DNA from: a virus
Lineage: Duplodnaviria > Caudoviricetes
IMG/VR virus record: IMGVR_UViG_3300016478_000249
Coordinates: 1-24,168 of that record
Strand: one strand, 5' to 3'
DNA length: 24,168 nucleotides
Position numbers and translations under genes: made by a program. Positions within the stretch are counted from its first letter, which is position 1. Each line of letters opens with the position of its first letter. The notes beneath the pieces are model-generated. The model did no database searches. It saw nothing but the letters and a program-made list of their open reading frames with translations, and was not told where the DNA came from. This document shows positions 9,301-17,970 of this stretch, one piece after another.

Positions 9301-10729
9301 TATCCGCAAGGTCTACGCCCTCTTTACGTAACTGGGTAAATGCCTTAGAGATGCTACCTGCGTTCATTTCAGTGCCTTTCAGTGCCTTACCTAATTTCTT
9401 AGTGTCGTCAGACAAGTAAAGGAATATATTACGTAGTGCTGTTGCAGCACGTGATGCGTCAAGACCAGAGTTAGCTAACGTACCTAACAGTGCTAGGGTG
9501 TCACGTAACGGTACTTTCGCAACCGATGCCGATGCGCCAACAATCGCCATAGAACGTTCGAGGAAAGCAAAGTCCATTGCTGATTTGTTCGCTGCTGATG
9601 CCATCATTGTGAGCACCCCTTCCGTGTCGTAGGATGATAGGTTGAAAGCACGTAGTGTTTGACCTGCTAACTTCGCTGCTGCTGGTAGTGATGCGTCCAA
9701 AGCCGTAGCAAAACCTAACAGTGATTGCGTCATGTTAAGTATAGTCTGTTGACCAAAACCTAACTTTGCTAACTCTGTTTGGGCTAACGTAACTTGTGAC
9801 GCTGTGTACTCGGTGGTTAAACCGAGTTTCATTGATTGCTCCTGTAACGCTTGTGTGTTACGTGTTGTGGTCATCATAATAGATGCGAGGTCAGCATTAG
9901 CTTGCTCGTACTCTTTGATAACGCCAAAACCGTATTTGATTGCGTTCGATAGTGCCGCAATAGCACCAACAACGCCCATAACTGCGATACCCATTGCACC
10001 GAAGCCTGTATTGAAACGTGAAAGTCCGGGTATTAACGACGTCATCATTCTACCGTAATTACCTACGTCCCGTGTATGTATGCCGAGTGAACGGTCAATC
10101 TTTTTAAGCTCTTTATCCAAAGCACGTATCTGTGGGATGAGTTCCTTTTGGGCTGCACGTCCTGCGTCTTTAAACGCTTCACGTAGTTGTGCTAATAATG
10201 CAGACTTAGCACGGTATGTCATTTCAGATTTCTTGCCCTCTGTGACAGCACCACGTTCGATGTCGAGTTGACGTTTGATTTCGAGTACAAGCCTACGTGT
10301 TTGTTCGCGTAAACCTATCTTTGCACGTATCTCGTTTTGTGTACCTGTCGATGCTGCTGCTTGTACGTGTAATTGGTGTTGTGCTGCTGCCGTGAGTGCC
10401 GTAACTTTCGCTTTGAGCTTTTCAATTTCTACGGCTTTTTGGATGTCGAGGTTTTTTAGTTGTTCTTCGAGACGTTTCTTCTGCGCTGCGATTGCGTTAT
10501 ACTTCTCTCCCTCGTCTTTCCCTCTACGTAACAGTTCATTGTACTTTGCGAAAACCTCAATCATTTTGGTTACGTCCTTACTAGACGCACCCATAGTACG
10601 GGATGTCTCACGTATCTCGTTCATTAGTGGGGCGAATGCACGTTGTGCGTTCTCCAACTCTTTTACTAACGTCTGTATGTCCGTTATCGCTTTAGCGTCT
10701 ACGAAAGACGCGATTTTTTGTTCTGACAT
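6392..10729 (-). CDS. Tail tape measure protein (TP901-type core)
   Basis: 1445 aa, helical and Ala/Leu/Lys-rich, with core TTEYTASQVTLAQTELAKLGF...LANSGLDASRAATALRNI and C-terminal IPKYAQGT...VGDGG. Confidence 0.95.
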   Translation of the reverse strand: MSEQKIASFVDAKAITDIQTLVKELENAQRAFAPLMNEIRETSRTMGASSKDVTKMIEVFAKYNELLRRGKDEGEKYNAIAAQKKRLEEQLKNLDIQKAVEIEKLKAKVTALTAAAQHQLHVQAAASTGTQNEIRAKIGLREQTRRLVLEIKRQLDIERGAVTEGKKSEMTYRAKSALLAQLREAFKDAGRAAQKELIPQIRALDKELKKIDRSLGIHTRDVGNYGRMMTSLIPGLSRFNTGFGAMGIAVMGVVGAIAALSNAIKYGFGVIKEYEQANADLASIMMTTTRNTQALQEQSMKLGLTTEYTASQVTLAQTELAKLGFGQQTILNMTQSLLGFATALDASLPAAAKLAGQTLRAFNLSSYDTEGVLTMMASAANKSAMDFAFLERSMAIVGASASVAKVPLRDTLALLGTLANSGLDASRAATALRNIFLYLSDDTKKLGKALKGTEMNAGSISKAFTQLRKEGVDLADMFQLTDKRAVNALAVLIQNSEQIVRLRDNITDLTGTLDMLRATRLDTVEGEIKLLKSAWDNFWLSFKESTPIVRDTLSWITQKLGELGRWREKQGQARESSSTYGTDFVDQKAIETYLKAQDKRLRDAAQIFRDAQGKSFEEADAAYKNLLKVQADIRKEAEASFRQSQTHVINYSKQIETLNKVAGNNKEKKIARDLTGLYETLGVSYKQLNTYSAASSEAQRMINSGTLDTEQVKQWQAQQQLAEKRKAAAQTRIAELHEKLEETYDAAIKESGWKVTDFADPSKWLSGGVFGDAFRAMSGNKISPEFAKAAYDQRTKARWGQGNMITEERKLTGVNDLIDESLRINTEGAVEGANYTPPSKEGGRSKAQLDAERRAAREQALSDAEALAAFTIKINELKEAASRLRMFYEEDNEYWDSRNEAVKEYTKILKDVAQLEMQRKDQDITQKIVKENIGITGKVVDPNVIDPITGEAQTDAQKATLNQRMANYKAYLTNVAELDRNAAKAYERINDQMVKWEEESIKDRLKLFREGLERRQQEVETDRKKQLEISARLYRKGSLNEAGLKEEDAKTNVLFDERSVEQTKLYYESFVERLDLPQTLKQAIQDSFDKFLTEEAPQMTSASKAAYERETGRTYSGTAKKGGTWFRRIFGTGTKRDEAGNIDEAASTSGVAEVGKKLTSALNLQEVKMVEQLYGQMMDVVSGFYDLEIQKIDEVMAKERERYEEQQRLLDQSLEHLTDNYNAGLLSEENFEAQRRQNEMEKEALAKKQAADEKKREEEKRKLQVQQAKWNKANSIAQTVMSTAQGVASALTVIPTPVGLMLASTVGAIGAAQIALIASQQIPKYAQGTSDHKGGLMMVGDGGVSEYVVTPDNRVTVTDNKPMFMDAPAHTQVFKDDNAFLDYLFEKNLNVDRKGETIINNINVDTDYMEQRKLLRSIDRRLSSQSENEKYRLRYIRHNKLFDQW

Positions 10730-10731
10730 GA

Positions 10732-11367
10732 TTACTTATTGTTTTCTTGGCTTTCTTGATACTTCCTTAAACGATTAACGTATTCTGCGACTACTGCGCA
10801 GTTCGTTTCGTGTGTTACGCTGAACTTAACGTATTGTGATACGCTAGCTAGTAATTTGGTGAACCCAGAGCGTATGTCGTTTTCTGTACGTTCTGGTTCG
10901 TTTTCACGTGACTTAGTTTCTATCGCTTCGAGTTCGGCTAAGTCTATCTTGGTTATGCTGATTTCGCTTTTAATACGTGACACTGCGTCTTCCACCTCTT
11001 TAATGGATGACGGGTAACGTGCTGACTTCGAGATGATGCCGTGCTCTTGCAGGAAACCCCACGTTTCGGGGGAGTACATCACCGTGAGAAGTTTTTCCGA
11101 TAACGTAAGACCTAGTAACTTTAAACCGAGTTTCATTGACTTCGCTGATGCTTGCATCGTGGCTATAAAGTTATAGTCTCCCGTAGCTTCGGCAAACTGT
11201 GCTAATATGATTTGACGTATCGTGGTCAACTCTTCGTCTGGTATAGTTTCATCAGACGTCAGAATACGGAAATTGCCTAGCGCAAGTTCAACGTACTCTC
11301 CGAAAGTAATATCGTAAATACTCCCTTTAATTACCGTTTTATCTAACGTAGGCAATGACTTTTCCAT
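10732..11367 (-). CDS. Putative tail assembly chaperone
   Basis: 211-aa helical protein immediately upstream of the tape measure gene; positional inference. Confidence 0.5.
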   Translation of the reverse strand: MEKSLPTLDKTVIKGSIYDITFGEYVELALGNFRILTSDETIPDEELTTIRQIILAQFAEATGDYNFIATMQASAKSMKLGLKLLGLTLSEKLLTVMYSPETWGFLQEHGIISKSARYPSSIKEVEDAVSRIKSEISITKIDLAELEAIETKSRENEPERTENDIRSGFTKLLASVSQYVKFSVTHETNCAVVAEYVNRLRKYQESQENNK

Positions 11368-11557
11368 TTTGTTCTTTGTTCTTTTTTCGACATTCCCAAC
11401 ATTCGTGGAAATACGTCCCGTTATGTTCTACTACTACAAATACCTTTTGGTCGCTCTCGGCTTCACGTGCAGCTAGCTCATACACTTTCTGTAATTCGCT
11501 TTTTACGTTTGCTGTCGATGGACTGATTACAGGTTGATTACATGTCTTGCAACTCAT
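11339..11557 (-). CDS. Small hypothetical protein with two CxxC motifs
   Basis: 72 aa with CKTC and CWEC; fills the gap in the operon. Confidence 0.7.
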   Translation of the reverse strand: MSCKTCNQPVISPSTANVKSELQKVYELAAREAESDQKVFVVVEHNGTYFHECWECRKKNKEQNGKVIAYVR

Positions 11558-11569
11558 ACCATTTCGTGT

Positions 11570-12079
11570 TTACTTCATATTATACCATAGGTCGATAATC
11601 TCTCGTTTTGCTACGTTTTCCCATATTATGTTGAACGCCTTTTGTTGTAGCCCCAGAGCCGTAGGGTATTTATTTTCTACGTTCTTACCTCTTGACCACG
11701 TACTGTAAATCTTCAAGTCCGTTGCGGTTATGTCCGCCCTTAGCTTACCTTGAAAACGTCCTTTGCCGTGTTTCGTGAAGATTAAGTTTGGGGTGTCACT
11801 GGACTTAACGCCAAAGTTGTGCTTTTTCAAGCCCTCGTGATACGCTGCACGTTCCTTTTTTATCCTCACCCACTTTTCCATTGCTTCGGGTGTCTTGAAG
11901 AACGGGTCGTTCTGGTAGGTGGGACGTAAAGGATTACCGAGATTGTCCTGTCCTGCAAGTAACTGGTCACGTTGCATTTGCAGTATGTACCTACGGTTAT
12001 TGCGTAACGTCAGAGCGAGGTGTTGTAACCACCTACGCTCAAAACGTTTTGCTTTTTTTAGTGCTTCGTCAACCGTCAT
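11570..12079 (-). CDS. Putative tail completion / neck protein (HK97 gp10-like role)
   Basis: 169 aa, basic, in the tail module, with RDQLLAGQDNLGNPLRPTY and TPNL motifs; call rests on size, charge and position. Confidence 0.5.
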   Translation of the reverse strand: MTVDEALKKAKRFERRWLQHLALTLRNNRRYILQMQRDQLLAGQDNLGNPLRPTYQNDPFFKTPEAMEKWVRIKKERAAYHEGLKKHNFGVKSSDTPNLIFTKHGKGRFQGKLRADITATDLKIYSTWSRGKNVENKYPTALGLQQKAFNIIWENVAKREIIDLWYNMK

Positions 12080-12090
12080 GACTTACGTTG

Positions 12091-13071
12091 TTAGGCGATT
12101 TCTACTAGCTTATACTCGTCAGCACCTACACAATAACGTAGGAAAGCCGTCTGTTCGGATTGTGTTGACGCAGCGGAAAGGTCTTCTGCAACACGTAGAT
12201 GTGTACCGTTACTATAAGATTGAAGAAAAGCGTCATTGAGGACGTCGTAAGAAAGGTTTATGGCGCTAAAGGCAAGTTCTATACGTCCATCCCAATCAAT
12301 CACAGGAAGATGGCTATTTTGCCCGTCCATAATTTGAGATGCTAAATCCGGGTTTCCTGCTGTGATACTACGTCCGCTGCAAGCATAAACGATTTGGAAA
12401 TAGCGCGTCACATTAGCTACACCGTTTTTGATAGTGAGCACACGTAATGTTTTAATCTCGTCACCGAGAGAGATTGCAACTTCACGTTCACGTTCTTTCT
12501 GGTAATCGGCAGTGTAGTACACGTTCAAGATGATAGCACCAACGTTCGAACCGTTATTCGGCCTTTCGGTTACAGCGATATGTACGGCATACCCTTTCAA
12601 GTTGTCGGCTTTATCGAGTACACCGAAGAGTACGTCTTGGTCGTCAATCTTGAACATACGTAGCTCACGACCTTGCAACTTGATAAGTTGTTTGTACAAG
12701 CATTCACCACCGTCAATGATAGTGTACGTTTCCGAGAATGCGTTACGTCCGTTTGGCATAATGCCACCGAAGCCTTCTTGCGAGGTACGCACATCACCGC
12801 CACTCGTTTCCATGTTGGTCACGTTAGGGTAATACGCCATCACCTGTGGACGACGTCCTGCTGTCGTGAATGGCACGAGGTCATTGAATACTTCCAACGC
12901 TGTACCGAGAGACACACCGTACTCGTCATAGAACGTACCTTCCATCGGTAATTTGAAGTCGGCTTCCGAGAACAAAAAACCTTTCGGTAGCCCTTTGAAA
13001 GACGCACACGTTTCTTTGCCGAACGCTGCAAGTACGTTTTCACACGTACCGTTTAAAAATAATGTTTTCAT
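12091..13071 (-). CDS. Putative major tail (tube) protein, paralog 2
   Basis: 326 aa; N-terminal ~200 aa clearly homologous to 13658..14656 (shared SGGDVRTSQEGFG); located in the tail module. Confidence 0.65.
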   Translation of the reverse strand: MKTLFLNGTCENVLAAFGKETCASFKGLPKGFLFSEADFKLPMEGTFYDEYGVSLGTALEVFNDLVPFTTAGRRPQVMAYYPNVTNMETSGGDVRTSQEGFGGIMPNGRNAFSETYTIIDGGECLYKQLIKLQGRELRMFKIDDQDVLFGVLDKADNLKGYAVHIAVTERPNNGSNVGAIILNVYYTADYQKEREREVAISLGDEIKTLRVLTIKNGVANVTRYFQIVYACSGRSITAGNPDLASQIMDGQNSHLPVIDWDGRIELAFSAINLSYDVLNDAFLQSYSNGTHLRVAEDLSAASTQSEQTAFLRYCVGADEYKLVEIA

Positions 13072-13073
13072 GT

Positions 13074-13391
13074 TTATAAATTATTTTGTGTGTCCGTCTC
13101 TGGTTGAACGTCCACTGTTTGGACTTGCTCTGTTTCAACGGGCACAGGGTTGTTTTTACTACGTTTAAATGCGTTGGCTACTGGTTTCTCCGTTGCTACG
13201 GGTGTAACCGTAGGGAACTCGATGTCAGCCACGATTGCTTCGATAGCGTCCGTATCTTCTTTCGATAATACGTCCGTACGGTAAATTTTCCGTAGCTTAG
13301 TACTTAGAAACTCGATGGCTGCTTCCTTTGAGCCTTGTTCTGTAAGGTTCTTTGGTACAGCCATAATAACTTTTTTAGTTCTCAGTATCAT
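13074..13391 (-). CDS. Hypothetical protein (low-complexity T/P/V/Q/E C-terminus)
   Basis: 105-aa ORF coupled to both neighbours; start could be the second Met (MAVPK). Confidence 0.65.
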   Translation of the reverse strand: MILRTKKVIMAVPKNLTEQGSKEAAIEFLSTKLRKIYRTDVLSKEDTDAIEAIVADIEFPTVTPVATEKPVANAFKRSKNNPVPVETEQVQTVDVQPETDTQNNL

Positions 13392-13671
13392 TCTCTACGT
13401 CCTCCGATATTACTGGTTCAAACTCATAACTGTTAAAGATGTCAGCTACTGACGCTGTCAGTGCTTCGTTAAAAGATACGGGAATACCCGTAGGGAACAT
13501 TGCGCTTACGATACCGTGACGTAACGTGTTTACTGCTTGCTCGGCTGTACCTGCTTTAAGTACACCTGCAATGCGTATGCCTAACGTACGACCGTTTGAC
13601 TTTACAGTGACTGTTTGTCCGCTGTCTTGTGCTATTCTCTGTTTCATATTATTACGTTTAATAAAGTTCAC
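13375..13671 (-). CDS. Hypothetical protein
   Basis: 98-aa ORF overlapping the stop of tail paralog 1; no motif recognised. Confidence 0.65.
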   Translation of the reverse strand: MNFIKRNNMKQRIAQDSGQTVTVKSNGRTLGIRIAGVLKAGTAEQAVNTLRHGIVSAMFPTGIPVSFNEALTASVADIFNSYEFEPVISEDVENDTEN

Positions 13672-14656
13672 CGTCTACACCGAAACCGAAATGAGCTAGC
13701 CCGTTTAATAGGTTTGGCTCTGGCATGTAACTTGGTACGTGTAACGCAATACGTGGCTGCTTCGCTGCTGGGTTGGTGCTCTGTAACCAAACACCGTCAT
13801 CTACACCTATCATAAGGTAGCTAAAATCGTGGGCGTAGGCGAACGCTTCAATCGCTGTCAATAACGTATCTGTGTCAGTATTTGAGGTGTACCCCTTTAG
13901 TAACTGTAACAATTCTGCTGTGTCCCCATCCGTTATTTCATTCATATACGTTAGGAACTCTTTTGATATGTCAATCCCAGAGCATGCAGTGTAATACTTT
14001 ACGTAAAGTGTAGGGACGTAATTTGGTGCAACGCCACCACTATAAGCGAAAATCTTAGCGTGAATGCGTCTTACCCCTTTAAGGTTTGACGGTACTTCGA
14101 ACGATGTCATATTACGTATTTCCATGTAGTTGTTGTTGCTGTATAACAGCGTTACAATTATCGCAGCAGGTGTTGTGCCTACGTTCTTACGTCTGTGCAC
14201 CCCGATGGTTACGTTATACCCGAAGATATTGCCGCTTTCGTCAGTAGTACCGTACGCTACGTTATTGTCATCTACAAAGAACACTCTCATCTGTTGACCG
14301 TGTAAGCTCAACAACTCTTTAAGCATACACAGCCCACCTTTGGTGAACGTAAGTATCTCTTGGTACGGGTTGTGACCGTTTACTGAACTTTCCCCGAAAC
14401 CCTCTTGCGACGTACGTACGTCACCACCACTAGGTTCGAGGTTTACAAGCCCTTCCATTAACGGGTACACCTTACTGTCCATAGGTACTAATGCCTGTGT
14501 CCGTAAGTACTCACCCACGTTCGCTGTTCCTGCTGGAACTACAAAGTCGTACGTTGTAAGGATGATTGCTTTTGGTGTACTCTCGAAAAGTGCGCATGAG
14601 CCTAAACCCGTAAAAGCTGCTTTATTACCGCAGCTTGCTATCATTTGACCTTTCAT
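13658..14656 (-). CDS. Putative major tail (tube) protein, paralog 1
   Basis: 332 aa directly after the terminator-like gene, the usual major tail protein position; homologous to 12091..13071. Confidence 0.68.
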   Translation of the reverse strand: MKGQMIASCGNKAAFTGLGSCALFESTPKAIILTTYDFVVPAGTANVGEYLRTQALVPMDSKVYPLMEGLVNLEPSGGDVRTSQEGFGESSVNGHNPYQEILTFTKGGLCMLKELLSLHGQQMRVFFVDDNNVAYGTTDESGNIFGYNVTIGVHRRKNVGTTPAAIIVTLLYSNNNYMEIRNMTSFEVPSNLKGVRRIHAKIFAYSGGVAPNYVPTLYVKYYTACSGIDISKEFLTYMNEITDGDTAELLQLLKGYTSNTDTDTLLTAIEAFAYAHDFSYLMIGVDDGVWLQSTNPAAKQPRIALHVPSYMPEPNLLNGLAHFGFGVDGELY

Positions 14657-14657
14657 T

Positions 14658-15326
14658 TTATACTGTTTTTATAATGTTTTCTGTGACCAGCTCTGCTTCA
14701 CGTTTAATCTGCTCGATTGTAACGTCGCAAAGTGTTGGCTTCAAGTGTGGACGTAAATCCACTATACTGATTAAATCTACGTACCATCCGAAGTTGGCAC
14801 TTAACGCTCGATGCATAGAACTACCCGTAGTGAATACTTTCATACGTCTAAAGTCCATGCCTTCCATAGGGAACTGAAACCAGCCACACTTACGTACTTG
14901 GCGCATAAACTCGTCGTAAATAGGCTCTAAGATTGTTTCGTGTGCGTTTCTGTTACGTTGCTCTGTTGTCCACTTGTGGTCAACTAAACACGTTATCGCT
15001 AAATCGTAATCCAACTGAACTAAGCCGTCAGCGCCTACTCCGTGCGTCTCTACTACGTTTTGGTAGTTTATAATACACGGGAACAGCTTTGATGCTGCTT
15101 GAGGGTCTTTTCCGATTATCTCGAACGCTTCTTTAATTTCCAACTCCGTGCCAGCGTAGTGCCATAAGTGCATTACGTTAGGGGCGTCAAAAACTGCTTC
15201 GTAATACTTGTACTTACTTGCAGCGTTCACGAAAAAATCAGTGTGCGTTTTACCCTCTGGTATCTTGTTCAATGCTTGGCGTGTCCTGTAAACAAGAGCG
15301 CCCATTATATCTACGTGACTTATCAT
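14658..15326 (-). CDS. Putative tail terminator / neck protein
   Basis: 222 aa between the connector and tail tube genes; WTTEQR...ILEPIYDEF motif recalled from Bacteroidota phage neck proteins. Confidence 0.55.
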   Translation of the reverse strand: MISHVDIMGALVYRTRQALNKIPEGKTHTDFFVNAASKYKYYEAVFDAPNVMHLWHYAGTELEIKEAFEIIGKDPQAASKLFPCIINYQNVVETHGVGADGLVQLDYDLAITCLVDHKWTTEQRNRNAHETILEPIYDEFMRQVRKCGWFQFPMEGMDFRRMKVFTTGSSMHRALSANFGWYVDLISIVDLRPHLKPTLCDVTIEQIKREAELVTENIIKTV

Positions 15327-15328
15327 GG

Positions 15329-16207
15329 CTACATGTTAAAGCTGTTAATAGTCGATAATAGTTCCCGTGCCCTTGAGAGATTTACCCCCTCTGCACGTAG
15401 TTCCGCGATGTTGTGTGTAACGTACGCGATAAGTTGTAAGTTTTGAGCGACCATACCATTCCACGCACGTATCTGTTTATTCCTCATTGAGTTCAACTTA
15501 ATACGCTTGTCTGCTTCGTATGCATTGGATGCACGTGAGAAGTTCAAGTCAGCTTCGCCCATCGTGGTCGTGCCGTTTGCTGCATCCCTGTTCACGTGGA
15601 ACCATACGTAATTTGCAATAGGGCTTACCTTGTTGCTACCATCGTGACCAATTAATTGGTTTATCAGTCTACGTATAACGTCCGATGGCGTGTCTGTTTT
15701 ATGGCGTTCTTTAACCGTAATAGGCTCGTTGAAGTCTACCCCTGATTTAACCCGATATTCAAACGTCTCGTCTCTCGATACACGTATCTCGACTTGTCCG
15801 TCCATGAATGTCAACCGTTTGAACTTGCCAAACGTTTTTTCCTTTGTCGGTACTTCGTCGTTTACTTTAAACTCACTAAACGTAATGTCGACCGCTACGT
15901 CAGGTAGAGTTATCCACGTGTTACGTGGGGTGTCGTTATCAATTACGGCTAACTCTGTTTCGATGTACTCGGTACACTCTACGTAGTCGAACCAAGCTTC
16001 TTCTAGTTTACTTGCAAAAGCTTCACCGAAAAAAATACGTAAGTACTCTGTTGTTTTACTGTCAACAAAAACGAGAAGATTATTCTCTCCTACGGTTTGC
16101 ATCATTTTTGCCATGCCGAAGTCCGCAAAAGTTTCACCTATACGTGATGTCGGCAAATTGGGTATGGAAATCTCCCCCGTAAAATATGTTTCGTCTATGA
16201 TGAACAT
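15329..16207 (-). CDS. Putative head-tail adaptor / connector protein
   Basis: Downstream of the capsid gene, with IDETYFTGEISIPN, SPIANYVWF and AWNGMV motifs; longer than expected because of a central beta-rich segment. Confidence 0.6.
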   Translation of the reverse strand: MFIIDETYFTGEISIPNLPTSRIGETFADFGMAKMMQTVGENNLLVFVDSKTTEYLRIFFGEAFASKLEEAWFDYVECTEYIETELAVIDNDTPRNTWITLPDVAVDITFSEFKVNDEVPTKEKTFGKFKRLTFMDGQVEIRVSRDETFEYRVKSGVDFNEPITVKERHKTDTPSDVIRRLINQLIGHDGSNKVSPIANYVWFHVNRDAANGTTTMGEADLNFSRASNAYEADKRIKLNSMRNKQIRAWNGMVAQNLQLIAYVTHNIAELRAEGVNLSRARELLSTINSFNM

Positions 16208-16230
16208 GAGTACTTACGTATTAATTGTTG

Positions 16231-16449
16231 TTACTTCTTCTTATCAAATGGGTTGGGTGTTACGGGTTCGACCTCTAGGGTTAAACTTGCTTTACCCGAA
16301 CGTATTAGCTTTTCAGCTACTGGCAGTGACACGTCAATTGCTTGACCTTTTGTGAAGCTACCATCTTTCGCGCCTTTTTCTGTTACGTAAACAGTCTTAG
16401 ACTTTTTTACGTCCAACATTTTGTCTTCTTTGTTTTCTAATGTACTCAT
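16231..16449 (-). CDS. Small hypothetical protein following the major capsid gene
   Basis: 72 aa; G-x-x-I-D-V...AEKLIRSGKA resembles small capsid-adjacent proteins. Confidence 0.7.
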   Translation of the reverse strand: MSTLENKEDKMLDVKKSKTVYVTEKGAKDGSFTKGQAIDVSLPVAEKLIRSGKASLTLEVEPVTPNPFDKKK

Positions 16450-16465
16450 GACTTTTTGGTGTTAG

Positions 16466-16497
16466 AACCTCACACCACTGTTACGTAGTGTGAGGTT
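16466..16497 (-). terminator. Stem-loop after the major capsid gene (attenuator or mRNA stabiliser; weak U-tract)
   Basis: AACCTCACAC (16466-16475) and GTGTGAGGTT (16488-16497) form a perfect 10-bp inverted repeat, extendable to 13 bp with a G-U pair on the minus strand; starts 15 nt after the capsid stop. Confidence 0.6.
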
Positions 16498-16512
16498 ATT
16501 GTTGTGAATGGA

Positions 16513-17937
16513 TTATGCTTTTAAAAGTGCAAGTTTTACGTTTGCGAACGTATCACGTACCACTGCTACCTCGTCGATAGTGTTGTGATATACGTAGATT
16601 TCGTGTTCAACAATCATAGTTACCGCATTCATTTCGTAGTCAGACTTGTAACCACCGCCAGCAACAGCGTTCACGCCCCAGCCAGTTGAGATACTTACAC
16701 CGCCTTTGTTTTTCACTTTCACTCTACGTGAGTCAGCAAGGATGAACTCGCCCTCGTCTAATTTCGTGCTTTCCTCGATACGTAAACCTTTAAGGATTGC
16801 ATCGATTTCTTGTTTCATGTAATTACCCGTAGAACTTTTGGTCAAGTCCAATTCAGCTTTTGCCGTAGGACTGATAAGCAATACGTCTGCATAGTGGTTC
16901 AAGTTACGAAGTTGCAGTACAGCAGCACGTATAGCGTCAGCGTTGTTAGGCGTTGGTACTTTGTTGTCCAGACCTGTACCTAAGTACGCAGTAGACATTC
17001 CCTCTACGTGGTCAAGTACTGCTTTGTCTGTTACTGTCCAAAGTTCTTCCGTAGTTACTGTACGTATCTCACCAGCGATAAACGATGCGTCATTCATCAT
17101 CTCCGTTGAAAGCTTCACGCTTACGGGGATTTTTATTGGCTGTGCTGTTTCACGTTCGTATTCCCAACTCATTAACGGTTTAACGCCAAACTCTGGTGTG
17201 ATTACCGCACCCCCTTGTTTGTTAACACGGTTGAAAAATACAATCATCGTACTATCGGTCGAACCTTTCCAGAACAAGTCGAACAGGAAGTTACGTTCTG
17301 TTGGCGCAGAGTTAATCGTACGGTCAACGTCAATTCTAAACAACTCTGGCGCAGCCGTAAATGCAGGGTTCAAACCAGTAGTAGTACCCATAGAGGTAGC
17401 ACGTACCGAGAACGGTGTGGCAGCTTTCACGTGTAGAGTTGAGGGTTGACGTTTAATCAAACTGTCTTTATAGTCTTGTGACTTAACCCAATCGCTGATT
17501 TGTTCGTCCAACGATTTAAAAGACTCTTTACCACGTTTACTTTCCTTTAAGGCGCTGATTTCGATACCTTGTGCTTTTAACGTGTCCTGTAAGGATTTTA
17601 ACGTGTCCTGTTCGATACCGTAGAGTTTGGCGTGATTGTCCCACGCAGACTTGACCTTTTCATTTAGGTCTTTCTGGTCGAGTTCACCACGTTCCTGCTT
17701 CGATAAGTACGTTGCGATTTGGTCGCCCAACTCTTTAATACCCTCTTGCTCCTCTTTGGTCATTTTACTTTTTATCGCATCGGGAAGTACGAACGCGAAC
17801 GGTGCTGTTGCTAACGTAGCTACGGTAACGACATCCACCAACGAGTTACCTGCGTAAAGTGCGGTAACGCCCACGAACAACGTCAGACAAACTAACGCTA
17901 TACGTGCAAACCATTTTAGAAAATTTGTTGCTTTCAT
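16513..17937 (-). CDS. Major capsid protein (HK97 fold) with delta-like coiled coil and hydrophobic N-terminal extension
   Basis: Follows portal and protease; coiled coil ending at LHVKAA; EFGVKP, KIPVSVKLSTEMMND and DYEMNAVTMIVE fit HK97-family patterns. Confidence 0.92.
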   Translation of the reverse strand: MKATNFLKWFARIALVCLTLFVGVTALYAGNSLVDVVTVATLATAPFAFVLPDAIKSKMTKEEQEGIKELGDQIATYLSKQERGELDQKDLNEKVKSAWDNHAKLYGIEQDTLKSLQDTLKAQGIEISALKESKRGKESFKSLDEQISDWVKSQDYKDSLIKRQPSTLHVKAATPFSVRATSMGTTTGLNPAFTAAPELFRIDVDRTINSAPTERNFLFDLFWKGSTDSTMIVFFNRVNKQGGAVITPEFGVKPLMSWEYERETAQPIKIPVSVKLSTEMMNDASFIAGEIRTVTTEELWTVTDKAVLDHVEGMSTAYLGTGLDNKVPTPNNADAIRAAVLQLRNLNHYADVLLISPTAKAELDLTKSSTGNYMKQEIDAILKGLRIEESTKLDEGEFILADSRRVKVKNKGGVSISTGWGVNAVAGGGYKSDYEMNAVTMIVEHEIYVYHNTIDEVAVVRDTFANVKLALLKA

Positions 17938-17970
17938 TTTAAAAATTTGTTTATGATTATTATTATAGTG

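Noticed and set aside
13369-13380. AAAAAAG slippery site joining the 98-aa and 105-aa ORFs
   Set aside because: The upstream ORF's TAA stop forms the start of the A-run, so the ribosome terminates before it could slip.
2777-14656. Diversity-generating retroelement target or invertible tail cassette
   Set aside because: No reverse transcriptase, recombinase or near-identical template/variable repeat pair seen; the tail paralogs differ at all base types, not only adenines.
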